Positions 53,306 to 64,000 of a stretch of 64,000 nt of DNA are shown one piece after another (within the stretch, counting starts at the first letter, position 1; the number at the start of each line of letters is the position of its first letter). The DNA comes from Candidatus Cryptoclostridium obscurum (lineage in GTDB: Bacteria; Bacillota; Dehalobacteriia; UBA7702), in NCBI GenBank assembly GCA_904420535.1, contig CAJFVQ010000027.1:6990-70989 (forward strand). Direction: 5' to 3'. The notes under the pieces were generated by a model. That model had not been told where the DNA came from. It searched no databases and worked only from the letters and a program-made list of their open reading frames with translations. The translations under genes and the position numbers were made by a program.

Positions 53306-53374
53306 AATACCTTTGCACCAAAGTCATCCTAAAAATGACAAGTTCAGTATAAAAGTAATGGTGCCAAAATCAAA

Positions 53375-53417
53375 AAATGTCCCTTCCCTAGTTTAACCTC
53401 TGAGGGAGGGACATTTT
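53375..53417. terminator. Bidirectional terminator
   Basis: AAAATGTCCCTTCC...GGGAGGGACATTTT. Confidence 0.75.
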
Positions 53418-53429
53418 GCGTTATCAATA

Positions 53430-54077
53430 TCACATAAACTGCTTTTGTTCCAAAATTTGTCCTGGTTCCACAATAATGAAACGTTCATCCCATTCCCCCG
53501 ATACCAGTGCCCGGAACAGATCCATGTTCCCTTGCAACTCTGTAAAATCCACCTGGAGAAAGTCCGCTACTTTTCTGCTGTAATCGATATCTCCCTGCTC
53601 CCGATCCATGGTATGGATATAAGCTACACGTTGATAATTGGCATAAAGCATTTGATTAAACTCCATTGCCATATCTTCTCCATAGCGCTCACAATTTCGT
53701 AAATAAGCGGAATAGGGATCACCTTTTTGTTTGATTCAGCCCTCACTTAAATAAAATGTGGCAGGGACCTTGGAGAACTCTTTATCATACCTTTCTCGGG
53801 AACCCAAAAGCAAACTGATGCAGTCATGGACGCGCGGAATGACCAGACGATGTCGAGGGGAAGAAATCCCCAACACACTGTTGGAGCATAAACCGTATCC
53901 CATAAGAATCGTATTGTGGTCATGATCGGCGGCAAAGGCTTCGCACAACTTCTGTTTCAAAATCTCCGGCGTATCGTGGAGCGCGTAATCGAGGAATTCA
54001 TAATCCATTTCCTCGGGGATCACAGATAAAAGTTCGTCCTCCAACGTGCGGCAAGCGATCAACTTGCAATGCTTCAT
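53430..54077 (-). pseudogene. DUF1638-like protein with in-frame TGA at 53736-53738
   Basis: IACRTL, LHDTP, YGLCSN, PRVHDCISLLLGS, FYLSEG* continues in frame into 53430-53672. Confidence 0.8.
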
Positions 54078-54157
54078 ATTTTTCAAAATATTTCCCTCCA
54101 AATCTCATAACAACAAAGCGGCCATGAAACACTTCACGACCGCTTTTCTTCACAAGC

Positions 54158-57100
54158 TTAAAGCTCAATCACACCGGAAAAATCCATTTTCGCATCGCCG
54201 GTCATGGTCACACCGTCGTCACTATAATGGATCACCAGGTCACCGCCTTTTAATTTCACGGTAATATCGCTGTCTTTTTTGCAATAACCGTTTAAGACTG
54301 CAGCCACCGCTGCGGCGCAAGCGCCGCTGCCACAAGACCAGGTTTCTCCGGTACCACGCTCCCAAACGCGCATCCGCAACGTATTGGGGCCTAGAACCGT
54401 TACAAATTCCGTGTTAACCCTTTGGGGGAAGATATCGGCCCGTTCAAATTTAGGGCCAATCTTCTCCAGATCCAAATTATAAATATTGTCCATAAACACT
54501 ACGCAATGAGGATTTCCCATAGAAAGGCAGGTTACTTGATAAGTATCTCCTCCAATCTCTACCGGACGGTCAACCACAGTATCCCCTTCCAACAAAACAG
54601 GGATTTTCATCGGCGCAAGTTCCGCTTTCCCCATATCCACCGTAACACTGTTAACCTCGCCATCTCGGGGATAAAGATGAGCTTTTCGCACGCCGCTGGC
54701 AGTTTCCACCAACATTTCTTCTTTTTTGACGATTCCCTGTTCATAGAGGTATTTAGCGACGCAGCGTAAAGCGTTGCCACAAATATTGCCTTCGGTGCCG
54801 TCGGCATTATACATGACCATTTTGGCGTCGGCAATTTCAGATTTCTCCATAAGAATGATACCATCGCTGCCAATGCCGGTATGTCGGTTAGACAGTGCCA
54901 CGGCAATGGAACCGGGGGCCGCGATTTCTTGATCAAAGCAATCGAAATAAATGTAGTCGTTATTGGTACTGCGCATTTTTACAAAGGGCAAACGCAGCTT
55001 CTCCGAACGAAGTTGGTTAATATCGACCAATTCCATGCTCTGCTGAGAATAGCGGCTGTTTAAGCTGTCGATCAAAGCATTGGCGGTGTCCATCGAAGTC
55101 AAGCAGGGAATGGCCCGTTCCACCGCCTTTCTGCGAATTTTAACGCTATCACGAGCGGGAATGCGGCCTTTTTTCGAGGTGGAAATCACATAATTAATCT
55201 TTCCGCTTTCCAAAAGTTCCAAAAGACCAGGGCCCTCTGCAATTTTCGGCACGGTAGTCACGTCCATGCCGGCGTCAAATATTGCCTTGGCGGTGCCGCC
55301 GGTGGCGTAAAGAGAGAAGCCACTTTCATAGAATTTCCGTGCCACATCTACCATATCGGCTTTGTCGCTATCGCGAACCGTAAGGAATACGCCGCCGCCT
55401 TTTTCCATACGGTAACCTGCTGCCACCAACCCCTTATAAAGGGCTTCATTCAAAGAACGTCCGATGCCCAAAACTTCGCCGGTGGATTTCATTTCAGGCC
55501 CCAACTGAGTGTCAAGATCCGCCAGTTTTTCAAAAGAGAACACGGGAACTTTCACTGCGTAATAAGGAGCGGAGCGGTAAAGTCCCGTACCGTATCCCAT
55601 ATCCTTCAGAGATTCTCCCAGCATGGCGCGGGTGGCGATATCCACTACCGGGAGTTCTGTCACTTTGGAAATATAAGGTACTGTTCTGGAAGAACGGGGA
55701 TTAGCCTCGATCACATAAATTTCATTGGCATAGATCACAAACTGGATATTAAGCAAACCTTTGGTCTGGAGTCCCAAGGCGATACGTTTCGAAGCTTCTA
55801 TCAGTTTTTCAATGATAGCTCCGTTCAAATTGAAGGCAGGATACACTGCAATGGAGTCTCCGGAATGAACCCCGGCCCGTTCAATATGTTCCATGATCCC
55901 GGGAACGAGGATGTCTTTTCCGTCACAAATGATATCAACTTCCACTTCAATGCCCATGAGATAAGCATCGATAAGCACGGGATTTTCAATCCCCTGTTCC
56001 AAAATGATTCCCATGTATTCTTCGATATCGGCATCATTAAAGGCAATAATCATATTTTGGCCACCCAAAACATAAGAGGGGCGGAGCAACACAGGATACC
56101 CCAAACGCTTGGCAGCTTCCAACGCTTCCTCGGTCGTGGTCACCGTTTCCCCTTTGGGACGTTTTAAGTGGTACTGTTCTAAGATCTCATCAAACCGTTC
56201 ACGGTCTTCTGCAATGTCAATGCTATCGGCTTGAGTACCTAAGATCGGCACACCTTTGGCCTGCAACGATTTCGTTAATTTAATGGCAGTTTGACCCCCA
56301 AAAGCCACAACAACGCCGTAAGGTTGTTCCGTTTCTAAAATATCGAAGGCATCCTCCGGGGTCAAAGCCTCAAAGTAAAGACGATCTGCCGTATTAAAGT
56401 CCGTAGAAACTGTTTCCGGGTTATTATTGACGAGGACCACTTCATAACCGGCTTCTTTCAACGTCCATACACAGTGAACCGAAGCGTAATCGAACTCAAT
56501 ACCCTGACCGATGCGGATAGGACCTGAACCAAAGACAACAACGCGTTTTTTATCAGTTCCATGTTCCTCCAAGAACTGTTGGGCTTCATTTTCATCGTCG
56601 TAAGTTGCGTAAAAATAAGGAGTTTCCGCGGCAAATTCCCCGGCACAGGTATCCACCATTTTATAAACGGCATGACGCGGATTTTGAATGGTCTGCCCGC
56701 TAAGTTCTTCGATCACTTTATCAAGGAATCCCATTTTTTTCGCGGAAAGATACAATTCATCCGTTAACGTTTCCGTTTGGAGACGTTGCTCCATACTATG
56801 GATATTTACCAATTTTTCCAGGAACCATTCGTCAATCATAGTCCATTCATGGATCTCTGCCACTGTCACACCGCGGCGAATGGATTCATAGATGGCAAAA
56901 AGTCGTTCATCCGTGGCAATGGTAGCTTTCTCCTGTAATTCCTCATCACTCAACTCCTGCATTTTGTGCATCTGCAAAGAATTGAGGCCAATTTCAGCAC
57001 CGCGTACGGATTTCATCAACGCCTGTTCAAATGTAGGAGCAATGGCCATAACTTCACCGGTGGCTTTCATCTGAGTTCCTAAGGTGCGTTTGGCATAAAC

Positions 57101-58195
57101 GAACTTATCAAAAGGCCAACGAGGCATCTTGACGACAACATAGTCGATGGCGGGCTCAAAGGAAGCGTAGGTTTTGCCGGTAATTTCATTTTTGATTTCA
57201 TCGAGATTGTAGCCAATGGCCACTAATGCCGCAGTTTTGGCAATGGGATACCCTGTAGCTTTACTGGCCAAAGCCGAAGATCGAGATACACGGGGATTGA
57301 CCTCGATGACCGCATACTCAAAAGAATCGGGGTTCAAAGCGAACTGACAATTGCAGCCACCTTCTACTTTCAAGGCATTGATAATATTCAATGCAGCACT
57401 GCGGAGCATCTGATATTCCTTGTCGGACAAGGTAACAGCGGGAGCGATGACAATACTGTCGCCGGTATGAACGCCTACAGGATCGAGATTTTCCATGCTG
57501 CAGATAGCGATGACGTTGCCAGCGCCATCCCGCATGACCTCAAACTCAATTTCCTTCCACCCTGCCACGGATTTTTCGATCAAAACCTGATGGATCGGGG
57601 AAGTGCGGAGACCATTTTCCGCAATCTCATGAAGTTCTTCGGGGGTGGCTGCCATACCGCCGCCGCTACCGCCCAAGGTAAAAGCAGGACGAACGATCAC
57701 TGGATAGCCGATTTCCTCGGCAAAATTCAAAGCAGCGTCAACATCATTGACAACGAGAGAAGGAATGACCGGTTCGCCGATCTCTTCCATAACGTCTTTA
57801 AAGATTTGACGATCCTCAGCTTTTTCGATGGTGTCAAGGCTGGCTCCTAAAAGCTGAACGTTTTCCTTCTCAAAAAATCCCTCTTTAGCCAGCTGCATCC
57901 CTAAAGTGAGACCGCTTTGCCCCCCCAGGGTCGAAAGGAAGCCCTGGGGTTTTTCTTTTTTGATGATGCGTTTTACCACTTCCGTGGTGAGTGGCTCAAT
58001 ATAAATTTTATCGGCAATCACGTTATCCGTCATGATAGTGGCGGGATTGGGATTGATCAAAACGACTTCCACGCCTTTTTCCTTCAAAGCGCGACAAGCC
58101 TGGGTGCCAGCATAGTCAAATTCCGCCGCCTGGCCAATGACGATGGGGCCGGAACCGATAACCAAAACTTTTTTAATATCATTTTTTTGCGGCAT
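54158..58195 (-). CDS. carB: Carbamoyl-phosphate synthase large subunit fused to C-terminal DapF (diaminopimelate epimerase)-like domain
   Basis: [15 protein letters not shown], two ATP-grasp halves, MGS domain, then [36 protein letters not shown]. Confidence 0.95.
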   Translation of the reverse strand: MPQKNDIKKVLVIGSGPIVIGQAAEFDYAGTQACRALKEKGVEVVLINPNPATIMTDNVIADKIYIEPLTTEVVKRIIKKEKPQGFLSTLGGQSGLTLGMQLAKEGFFEKENVQLLGASLDTIEKAEDRQIFKDVMEEIGEPVIPSLVVNDVDAALNFAEEIGYPVIVRPAFTLGGSGGGMAATPEELHEIAENGLRTSPIHQVLIEKSVAGWKEIEFEVMRDGAGNVIAICSMENLDPVGVHTGDSIVIAPAVTLSDKEYQMLRSAALNIINALKVEGGCNCQFALNPDSFEYAVIEVNPRVSRSSALASKATGYPIAKTAALVAIGYNLDEIKNEITGKTYASFEPAIDYVVVKMPRWPFDKFVYAKRTLGTQMKATGEVMAIAPTFEQALMKSVRGAEIGLNSLQMHKMQELSDEELQEKATIATDERLFAIYESIRRGVTVAEIHEWTMIDEWFLEKLVNIHSMEQRLQTETLTDELYLSAKKMGFLDKVIEELSGQTIQNPRHAVYKMVDTCAGEFAAETPYFYATYDDENEAQQFLEEHGTDKKRVVVFGSGPIRIGQGIEFDYASVHCVWTLKEAGYEVVLVNNNPETVSTDFNTADRLYFEALTPEDAFDILETEQPYGVVVAFGGQTAIKLTKSLQAKGVPILGTQADSIDIAEDRERFDEILEQYHLKRPKGETVTTTEEALEAAKRLGYPVLLRPSYVLGGQNMIIAFNDADIEEYMGIILEQGIENPVLIDAYLMGIEVEVDIICDGKDILVPGIMEHIERAGVHSGDSIAVYPAFNLNGAIIEKLIEASKRIALGLQTKGLLNIQFVIYANEIYVIEANPRSSRTVPYISKVTELPVVDIATRAMLGESLKDMGYGTGLYRSAPYYAVKVPVFSFEKLADLDTQLGPEMKSTGEVLGIGRSLNEALYKGLVAAGYRMEKGGGVFLTVRDSDKADMVDVARKFYESGFSLYATGGTAKAIFDAGMDVTTVPKIAEGPGLLELLESGKINYVISTSKKGRIPARDSVKIRRKAVERAIPCLTSMDTANALIDSLNSRYSQQSMELVDINQLRSEKLRLPFVKMRSTNNDYIYFDCFDQEIAAPGSIAVALSNRHTGIGSDGIILMEKSEIADAKMVMYNADGTEGNICGNALRCVAKYLYEQGIVKKEEMLVETASGVRKAHLYPRDGEVNSVTVDMGKAELAPMKIPVLLEGDTVVDRPVEIGGDTYQVTCLSMGNPHCVVFMDNIYNLDLEKIGPKFERADIFPQRVNTEFVTVLGPNTLRMRVWERGTGETWSCGSGACAAAVAAVLNGYCKKDSDITVKLKGGDLVIHYSDDGVTMTGDAKMDFSGVIEL

Positions 58196-59279
58196 CGCTG
58201 TTACCTCCCATCATGGCAATAAAACGGTCGAATAAAAATGTGGTGTCCAAAGGGCCGCCGGCAGCTTCGGGATGAAACTGCACCGAAAATGCCGGATACC
58301 CTTGGTATGTGAGCCCCTCACAAGTGCCGTCGTTAACATTTTCAAAAAGAGGACTTATATAAGGAGGCAATTCCTTGGTAGAAACGGCATAACCGTGGTT
58401 TTGACTGGTGATAAACACCTTACCCGTGGGCAGTTCCCGTACGGGCTGATTGGCGCCGCGATGACCGTATTTTAATTTTTCAGTTTTGATCCCCTGTGAC
58501 AAGGCCATCAACTGATGGCCAAGGCAGATGCCGAGGGTCGGCATTTTGCGTTCCAACCAACGGCCGACCTCGACAACGACTTCAGGGTTATCCGCCGGGT
58601 CTCCTGGGCCGTTGGATAGCAGGACACCGTCTACGTTTAAGGCGACAATATCCTCGGCTTTGGCATGGCAATCGACTCTCACTACATCGCAACCGCGATC
58701 CAATAGCTGCCGTTCAATATAGGCTTTGGCACCAAAGTCCCAAAGGGCAACTTTATATTTCTTCTTACTCGGCTCTGACCCAACGGACTCTTGGGGAGAA
58801 ACCGACGGCACAGCGTCGACGACGCGGAAGTTTTTCAAAGTATCCAGAAGTTCATCGGTGATTTTATCCTTGGACGCAACAATCGCCCCGTTCATCACCC
58901 CATGAGAGCGTAAACGGCGCGTTAACGAACGAGTGTCAATATCATAGAGACCGACGATATTTCTTTCCTTCAAAAAAGCATCAAGGGTGCCTTCGGCGCG
59001 AAAATTAGAGGGTGTTTCGCACCATTCCCGAACAATGTAACCTTTCAAATGGGGACCTTTACTTTCAAAATCAGAAGGAATGACCCCATAATTTCCGATC
59101 AAAGGGAAAGTCTGCACGACGATTTGACCGTAATAACTAGGGTCTGTCAGGGTCTCCAAATAACCGGTCATCCCCGTGGTAAAAACCACCTCTCCCATGG
59201 TCTCCGCTACAGCGCCGAAGGATTTTCCCGTATAAACGGTACCGTCGGCCAGAACAAGGTAGATTTCTTTCTTATCCAT
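58179..59279 (-). CDS. carA: Carbamoyl-phosphate synthase small subunit
   Basis: [31 protein letters not shown]. Confidence 0.97.
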   Translation of the reverse strand: MDKKEIYLVLADGTVYTGKSFGAVAETMGEVVFTTGMTGYLETLTDPSYYGQIVVQTFPLIGNYGVIPSDFESKGPHLKGYIVREWCETPSNFRAEGTLDAFLKERNIVGLYDIDTRSLTRRLRSHGVMNGAIVASKDKITDELLDTLKNFRVVDAVPSVSPQESVGSEPSKKKYKVALWDFGAKAYIERQLLDRGCDVVRVDCHAKAEDIVALNVDGVLLSNGPGDPADNPEVVVEVGRWLERKMPTLGICLGHQLMALSQGIKTEKLKYGHRGANQPVRELPTGKVFITSQNHGYAVSTKELPPYISPLFENVNDGTCEGLTYQGYPAFSVQFHPEAAGGPLDTTFLFDRFIAMMGGNSDAAKK

Positions 59280-59351
59280 GCTTTGCTTATCTCCATTCCA
59301 TGTTTTGCTGACAAAACAAGTCGTTTTTCAACCATTTAGATATTACTAATT

Positions 59352-59381
59352 ATTATACGAAATATTCTTCGATACTGTCAA
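59352..59381 (-). promoter_or_regulatory. SigA promoter of carA
   Basis: TTGACA-18-TATAAT. Confidence 0.6.
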
Positions 59382-59563
59382 GGCAAACCCCGAAAAACCT
59401 GACGTTTTAGCAATAAAAATTGAGGATTAAAGAATATTTGATAAAAAGATCGAGCGTTTCAGGAGAAATGTCAATTGGTAGAAAATGATTCCCAACAATT
59501 CAGCCAAACAACGAGTTTACTTTGATAGACTCCTTTGGCGCGTTGCCCAAAATTTCCAGGAGT

Positions 59564-61540
59564 TTATTGGGACATTTCTTTGGAAGAATCTGCTTCCGGA
59601 ATAACATAAGCATAATAATTTTCATCGAGAATTTTAGCAGAATAGTCAAACATCGCATTGACCTTTGTCATCATGTTTTGCGCATAGGACGCATCGACTT
59701 CTTCTCCGTCAGCCGGGATAAATTCATCGGCGGAAGCATTATAGCGCCCTTTTTCTGTCAGCCAGCTATGATCGGAGAAAACTACCAGACCTTCGCTGTC
59801 TGAAAGAATATCCCGGCCCATCAAAAGACGGGAATCATATTCCACGCCAAATAAATTGGATAACGTGGGTAAAATATCCAAAGAGCAGCACGGTTTGTTA
59901 ATTTCAACGGGTTCTTCCATTGCGCTATTCCAAATGATGAGCGTCGAGTGATACAGCTCAAAGTTTTCTTCCACCGTTTCTCCGGCCAATTCGTCAATTT
60001 CACTTTTCTCCAAACCGTAGGGATAATGGTCACCGGAAATAACAATGACAGTGTCATCAAGGATGCCAGCGGCATCTAGCTGCTCAATCAAGTATTGCAC
60101 CGCCTGATCAAATTCCATTTGGCAGGCAATGTACGCTCTGGCGGCTTCAGAATAATCCAGATCCGCAACATCCTCCTGATGCTTTGCCGCCATGCGGTTG
60201 CCGCTGAAATTGTATTCCAGGTGACCGCTGACCGTCATATAATAAGTATGGAATTTTGCATCATTGATGTATTCGGGAATGGTCAATTCCATCATCTCTA
60301 CATCACTTTCAGGCCATGTCTTTGTAACATTGAGTCCGTTGCCATAGCCCTTGTAGTCATACCCCATATTGGGGTGGCTGACATCCCTGCGGTAATAATC
60401 ATAAGTATGATTATGATACGCCCTGGTGGAATATCCCATAGCTCCTAGTTGATTTCCCAAACAGAAGGGCATTGCATTGGAACCGCTGCGGTAAAAACTC
60501 CAAACTCCAGTTTTGGGAATTAGAGAAGTGCAGGTAGTATACTCGCCGTCACTGGTGCTTACCCCCCAAATAGGATTATAAAAATTTTGAAATACGAATC
60601 CCTCTTGAGACATTTTTGACAAAGTCGGCGTTTTCGCCTCATCCAACGCCCAGGAAGAAAATCCCTCGGCACAAATCCAAATTAGATTTTTTCCCTCAAA
60701 CATACCGGAATACTCATTTTTCTTTGTTGGTGTCACCGCACTGAAATATTGGTGCATCTCTTTTACGGTATCACTGGGCGCCGACGCCATGAGAGATTCG
60801 AAATCAATGTCCATTACCTGGTCTTCATAGAAGGTTTCCCCTTCGTCACCGCCGGTTTCCTCAAATTCTCCGGTCGCCGCAGCAACCGATTGCCCTGTAC
60901 CAAAAAGAAGATTTTTGGCATCGAGTCTGGCGGTGGTGAGTAAACCAAAATTTTGAACGGAAAGATCGGGCACAAAAGTTTTGGAATAAAGATAGCTACG
61001 GGACATCACACCGCTGTTGTCGGCCATCACGACTTGCGCAATCCCCGTTTGCAGCAACATTACCACGGAGACAATCACCAAAGCACCCCGAAGCCCCAGA
61101 TGACCTTTGAGGCAGAGACGGCGACCGAAAATCACCCACAAGACAAAGGGAATTACCAGCAAAATCAGGGGAAGAAGGGACTCTGAAATTCCACTGATAC
61201 CAGTACGCCAAAATTCCATTACCTTGGCTGCGCCACTCATGGAATAAAGAGCCATAAATGTATCAAAAATAGTAAAATAAACTATTTGTATCATATAATA
61301 TAAGGTAATTGCTCCCAAAAGGATTGAAGATGCAATTTGATTGCCACGAATTCCCCATAAAGAAGAGAAAAAAACAAAAAGAAGACAAAGAGGAATCGAT
61401 AACAAAACCGTAAAAAGCAACCCCGTATCGAAAACACTTCCTACCGTTTTTGCCTTAAGAACAATCTCCATATAAATCACGGAAATATAAAAAAACGCAA
61501 AATGCTGCGCCAAACGTTCAATTCTTTTTCTTTGTTCCAT
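59564..61540 (-). CDS. LTA synthase / sulfatase family membrane protein
   Basis: N-terminal TMs, NLIWICAE, STSDGE, TVSGH, SGDHYP, DILPT. Confidence 0.88.
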   Translation of the reverse strand: MEQRKRIERLAQHFAFFYISVIYMEIVLKAKTVGSVFDTGLLFTVLLSIPLCLLFVFFSSLWGIRGNQIASSILLGAITLYYMIQIVYFTIFDTFMALYSMSGAAKVMEFWRTGISGISESLLPLILLVIPFVLWVIFGRRLCLKGHLGLRGALVIVSVVMLLQTGIAQVVMADNSGVMSRSYLYSKTFVPDLSVQNFGLLTTARLDAKNLLFGTGQSVAAATGEFEETGGDEGETFYEDQVMDIDFESLMASAPSDTVKEMHQYFSAVTPTKKNEYSGMFEGKNLIWICAEGFSSWALDEAKTPTLSKMSQEGFVFQNFYNPIWGVSTSDGEYTTCTSLIPKTGVWSFYRSGSNAMPFCLGNQLGAMGYSTRAYHNHTYDYYRRDVSHPNMGYDYKGYGNGLNVTKTWPESDVEMMELTIPEYINDAKFHTYYMTVSGHLEYNFSGNRMAAKHQEDVADLDYSEAARAYIACQMEFDQAVQYLIEQLDAAGILDDTVIVISGDHYPYGLEKSEIDELAGETVEENFELYHSTLIIWNSAMEEPVEINKPCCSLDILPTLSNLFGVEYDSRLLMGRDILSDSEGLVVFSDHSWLTEKGRYNASADEFIPADGEEVDASYAQNMMTKVNAMFDYSAKILDENYYAYVIPEADSSKEMSQ

Positions 61541-61724
61541 GCCTCGGAAGCTCCTTACTTTATAACCAGTCTCGCAATATTAGAAATTATAGCAAACCAA
61601 GTCGAAAAATGCAATTCGAAAGAATCAATACTTGCTTCTTACCAAAAAATTCATTATGATAATAAAAACTCTTGATGATAAATACACAATCATATAAAAG
61701 CTTTTCCCGCAGAAAGGAGCATCC

Positions 61725-63095
61725 ATGGAACCAAATCTTATCCTGGATTATATGCAACGATATTTTTACAGCGATATCACCCGGGACTGCCGTTTTCGTT
61801 GGACCCATCTGATCGAGTTGCAAAAAGCCATCCGTCATTTTGAACCAGAAATTATTGAATCACTTCGAGCAGACCTGGGAAAAGCTCCCCAGGAGAGCTA
61901 TATGACAGAAATTGGCATGGTATTAAAAGAAATCGACTTTGCCGTAAAACATGTCAACAAATGGTTTCGCCTCAAACGAAAACCAACACCGTTATCAATC
62001 TTTCCCGCAACAAGCCGCGTCATTCAGGAACCCTACGGCTCTGTACTCATCATGTCCCCGTGGAATTATCCCTTTCAGCTGGCAATGATTCCTCTCATTG
62101 GTGCCGTAGCTGCAGGAAATTGCGTCGTATTAAAACCTTCGGAGTTGGCGCCCCATACGGCAAATATCATTGAAACAATTATAAAAGAAGTGTTTCCCCC
62201 CCAATATGTCAGTGTTGTCCAAGGCGATGCATCTGTGGGCGAAGCCCTTCTAAACTGTAATTTCGATATGATTTTTTTTACGGGAAGTCCTAAAGTTGGA
62301 CGCATTGTCATGGAACACGCCGCCAAAAACTTGACCCCCGTAGTTTTGGAATTGGGTGGGAAAAGTCCCTGCATCGTCCATAAAAGCGCCGACATGGAGA
62401 TGGCGGCACAACGTATTACGTTTGGAAAATTCCTCAACGCAGGACAGACGTGCGTAGCTCCGGACTATGTCGTTGTGAATTCTGAAAGTAAAGAACAGTT
62501 CATCAAATATCTACAGATAGCCATTGAAAAGGCTTTCGGCAAAAAACCATTGTACAACGAAGAATTGCCGAGGATCATATCGGATCATCACTTCACCCGA
62601 CTGCTCCGGTTAATGAAAGGAGAAAAAATTGCAGTCGGTGGAGAGTTTGACCGAGCAAAGAAAAAAATTGCTCCCACAATTCTTGATGACATCACATGGG
62701 AATCCCCTGTGATGCAAGAAGAAATTTTTGGCCCAATTCTTCCTGTGATTAGTTATGATAATTATGACCGGCTTTTAAGCCGACTAAAACGGGCTCCCTC
62801 TCCGTTGGCCTTTTATATTTTCTCCGAAGACGAATCGGCCATCAAAGACGCCATCCATACGGTTCCTTTTGGCGGAGGGTGCGTCAATGATACTGTCATG
62901 CATTTAGTCAACAGTCATCTGCCTTTTGGTGGGATTGGTAATAGTGGCATGGGAAAATATCACGGAAAATACTCTTTTGATACTTTCAGTCATTCCAAAA
63001 GCATCGTACGAAAACTCCACTACTTCGATTTGCGCTTACGCTACCACCCTTATGATGAAAAAAAATATAAGATCATCCGAAAATTCATGAAATAG
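61725..63095 (+). CDS. Aldehyde dehydrogenase
   Basis: PWNYP, FTGS, LELGGKSP, GQTCVAPD, EEIFGP. Confidence 0.95.
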   Translation: MEPNLILDYMQRYFYSDITRDCRFRWTHLIELQKAIRHFEPEIIESLRADLGKAPQESYMTEIGMVLKEIDFAVKHVNKWFRLKRKPTPLSIFPATSRVIQEPYGSVLIMSPWNYPFQLAMIPLIGAVAAGNCVVLKPSELAPHTANIIETIIKEVFPPQYVSVVQGDASVGEALLNCNFDMIFFTGSPKVGRIVMEHAAKNLTPVVLELGGKSPCIVHKSADMEMAAQRITFGKFLNAGQTCVAPDYVVVNSESKEQFIKYLQIAIEKAFGKKPLYNEELPRIISDHHFTRLLRLMKGEKIAVGGEFDRAKKKIAPTILDDITWESPVMQEEIFGPILPVISYDNYDRLLSRLKRAPSPLAFYIFSEDESAIKDAIHTVPFGGGCVNDTVMHLVNSHLPFGGIGNSGMGKYHGKYSFDTFSHSKSIVRKLHYFDLRLRYHPYDEKKYKIIRKFMK

Positions 63096-63157
63096 TGACA
63101 ACCTCTATCATAACGGACCCCAAATAGCTCCATGCATAAAACAAAAAGATCTCGCAA

Positions 63158-63192
63158 ATTTAAAAGACCATTCGATGAATGGTCTTTTAAAT
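63158..63192. terminator. Bidirectional terminator
   Basis: TTTAAAAGACCATTC-GAT-GAATGGTCTTTTAAA. Confidence 0.8.
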
Positions 63193-63220
63193 TCCATATA
63201 ATTTTAATCCAAAGATAGTT

Positions 63221-63772
63221 TTATACGATCGTCTTTCCGAAAGCATATGCTTTTTCCAGCCCATCGGTGTTTTGGATATCGTTTTTATCGTGTACACCGC
63301 CGACCAAAATTTTTCCCCGGTCTTTCCATCCCATAAAGTTGACAACAGTATAATCAAAATAATCCATAGAAGTCTGAAAAGAAGTAGGAACAGGACCGCC
63401 GGCAGTCATCAAAAGCATGGTCTCTTTTTTGGGAAAAGCATGGTATTGATGATACATACAATAAAATCGGTCAATAAACATTTTCATTTGTGCTGTAAGA
63501 TTGCTGAAATAAACAGGGCAAGCAAAAACGATGAGGTCAGCTTGTTCTACATCTTTTAAAATATCGTTCATATCATCTTTCTGAACGCAAGGCGTCCCAT
63601 TGCGAAAGCATTGTTCACAGCCGAGGCAGGGATTTACTTTGACCTTTGCCAAGTGAATTTTTTTAACGCTATGATTGTTCTCGCGCAATCCTCTCATAAA
63701 AGCATCGGCTAATTGGTCAGTATTACCACCGACACGGGGGCTCCCAACTACCACTAATATCTTCTGACTCAT
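63221..63772 (-). CDS. Flavodoxin-like / iron-sulfur flavoprotein
   Basis: GSPRVGGNT, CLGCEQC..C, PVYF, FIDR. Confidence 0.88.
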   Translation of the reverse strand: MSQKILVVVGSPRVGGNTDQLADAFMRGLRENNHSVKKIHLAKVKVNPCLGCEQCFRNGTPCVQKDDMNDILKDVEQADLIVFACPVYFSNLTAQMKMFIDRFYCMYHQYHAFPKKETMLLMTAGGPVPTSFQTSMDYFDYTVVNFMGWKDRGKILVGGVHDKNDIQNTDGLEKAYAFGKTIV

Positions 63773-63950
63773 AAGTTTCCTCCCTGATCATTGATAAATC
63801 TATTATAAATCCTTTTTGGTGTCTTGTAAACAATGGAAGTATTTTATTCTTTGTGACAATATTGATCGGGAATCGGCATTTTATTTTGTGTTTCTCAGAA
63901 ACATATTGGTTTTTTATCTTATAAAAACCGGAAAAATTTCAGGGAATCCA

Positions 63951-63979
63951 TTGACAAACCACCGTTTCTGTGGTATATT
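63951..63979 (+). promoter_or_regulatory. Strong SigA promoter for a transcript beyond the window
   Basis: TTGACA-17-TATATT with TG extension. Confidence 0.65.
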
Positions 63980-64000
63980 TTTTGATGTTGCTAACGGTTC

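Noticed and set aside
53736-53738. Selenocysteine or UGA=Trp genetic code
   Set aside because: The position looks like Trp rather than Cys, no obvious SECIS hairpin follows, and many conserved genes here terminate at TGA
63951-64000. Start of an rRNA or tRNA operon
   Set aside because: Only a promoter is visible; the transcript lies outside the window

Overview
64 kb of chromosome from a spore-forming, anaerobic Bacillota organism (Clostridia/Peptococcaceae-like gene content and order; inference). Mostly housekeeping: arcA-arcB-arcD, tRNA-Pro(CGG), trmL, larA-family, gerABC, ftsQ-ftsZ, tyrS, rlmB-thyX-mrnC-cysS-cysE with a Cys T-box, prmC-prfA-rpmE-glpX-tal-fba-alr-femX-pyrG-argS, lysA, a minimal SufC/SufB pair, carA and carB, LTA synthase and an aldehyde dehydrogenase. 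An accessory island (~30.7-36.4 kb) holds the most striking feature. A tyrosine recombinase gene sits inside a 1.47-kb segment bounded by perfect 27-bp inverted repeats (34647-34673 and 36093-36119). Next to it are an array of back-to-back hairpins and the decayed remains of an apparent SipW/TasA-type plus sortase-anchored surface-protein locus. Together these look like a self-inverting phase-variation switch. Other notable items are a CarB-DapF fusion, an in-frame TAA in argS, an in-frame TGA in a DUF1638-like gene, and a kinase plus non-pyrrolysine MttB pair under an AraC regulator. All family calls come from motif recognition; no searches were run.
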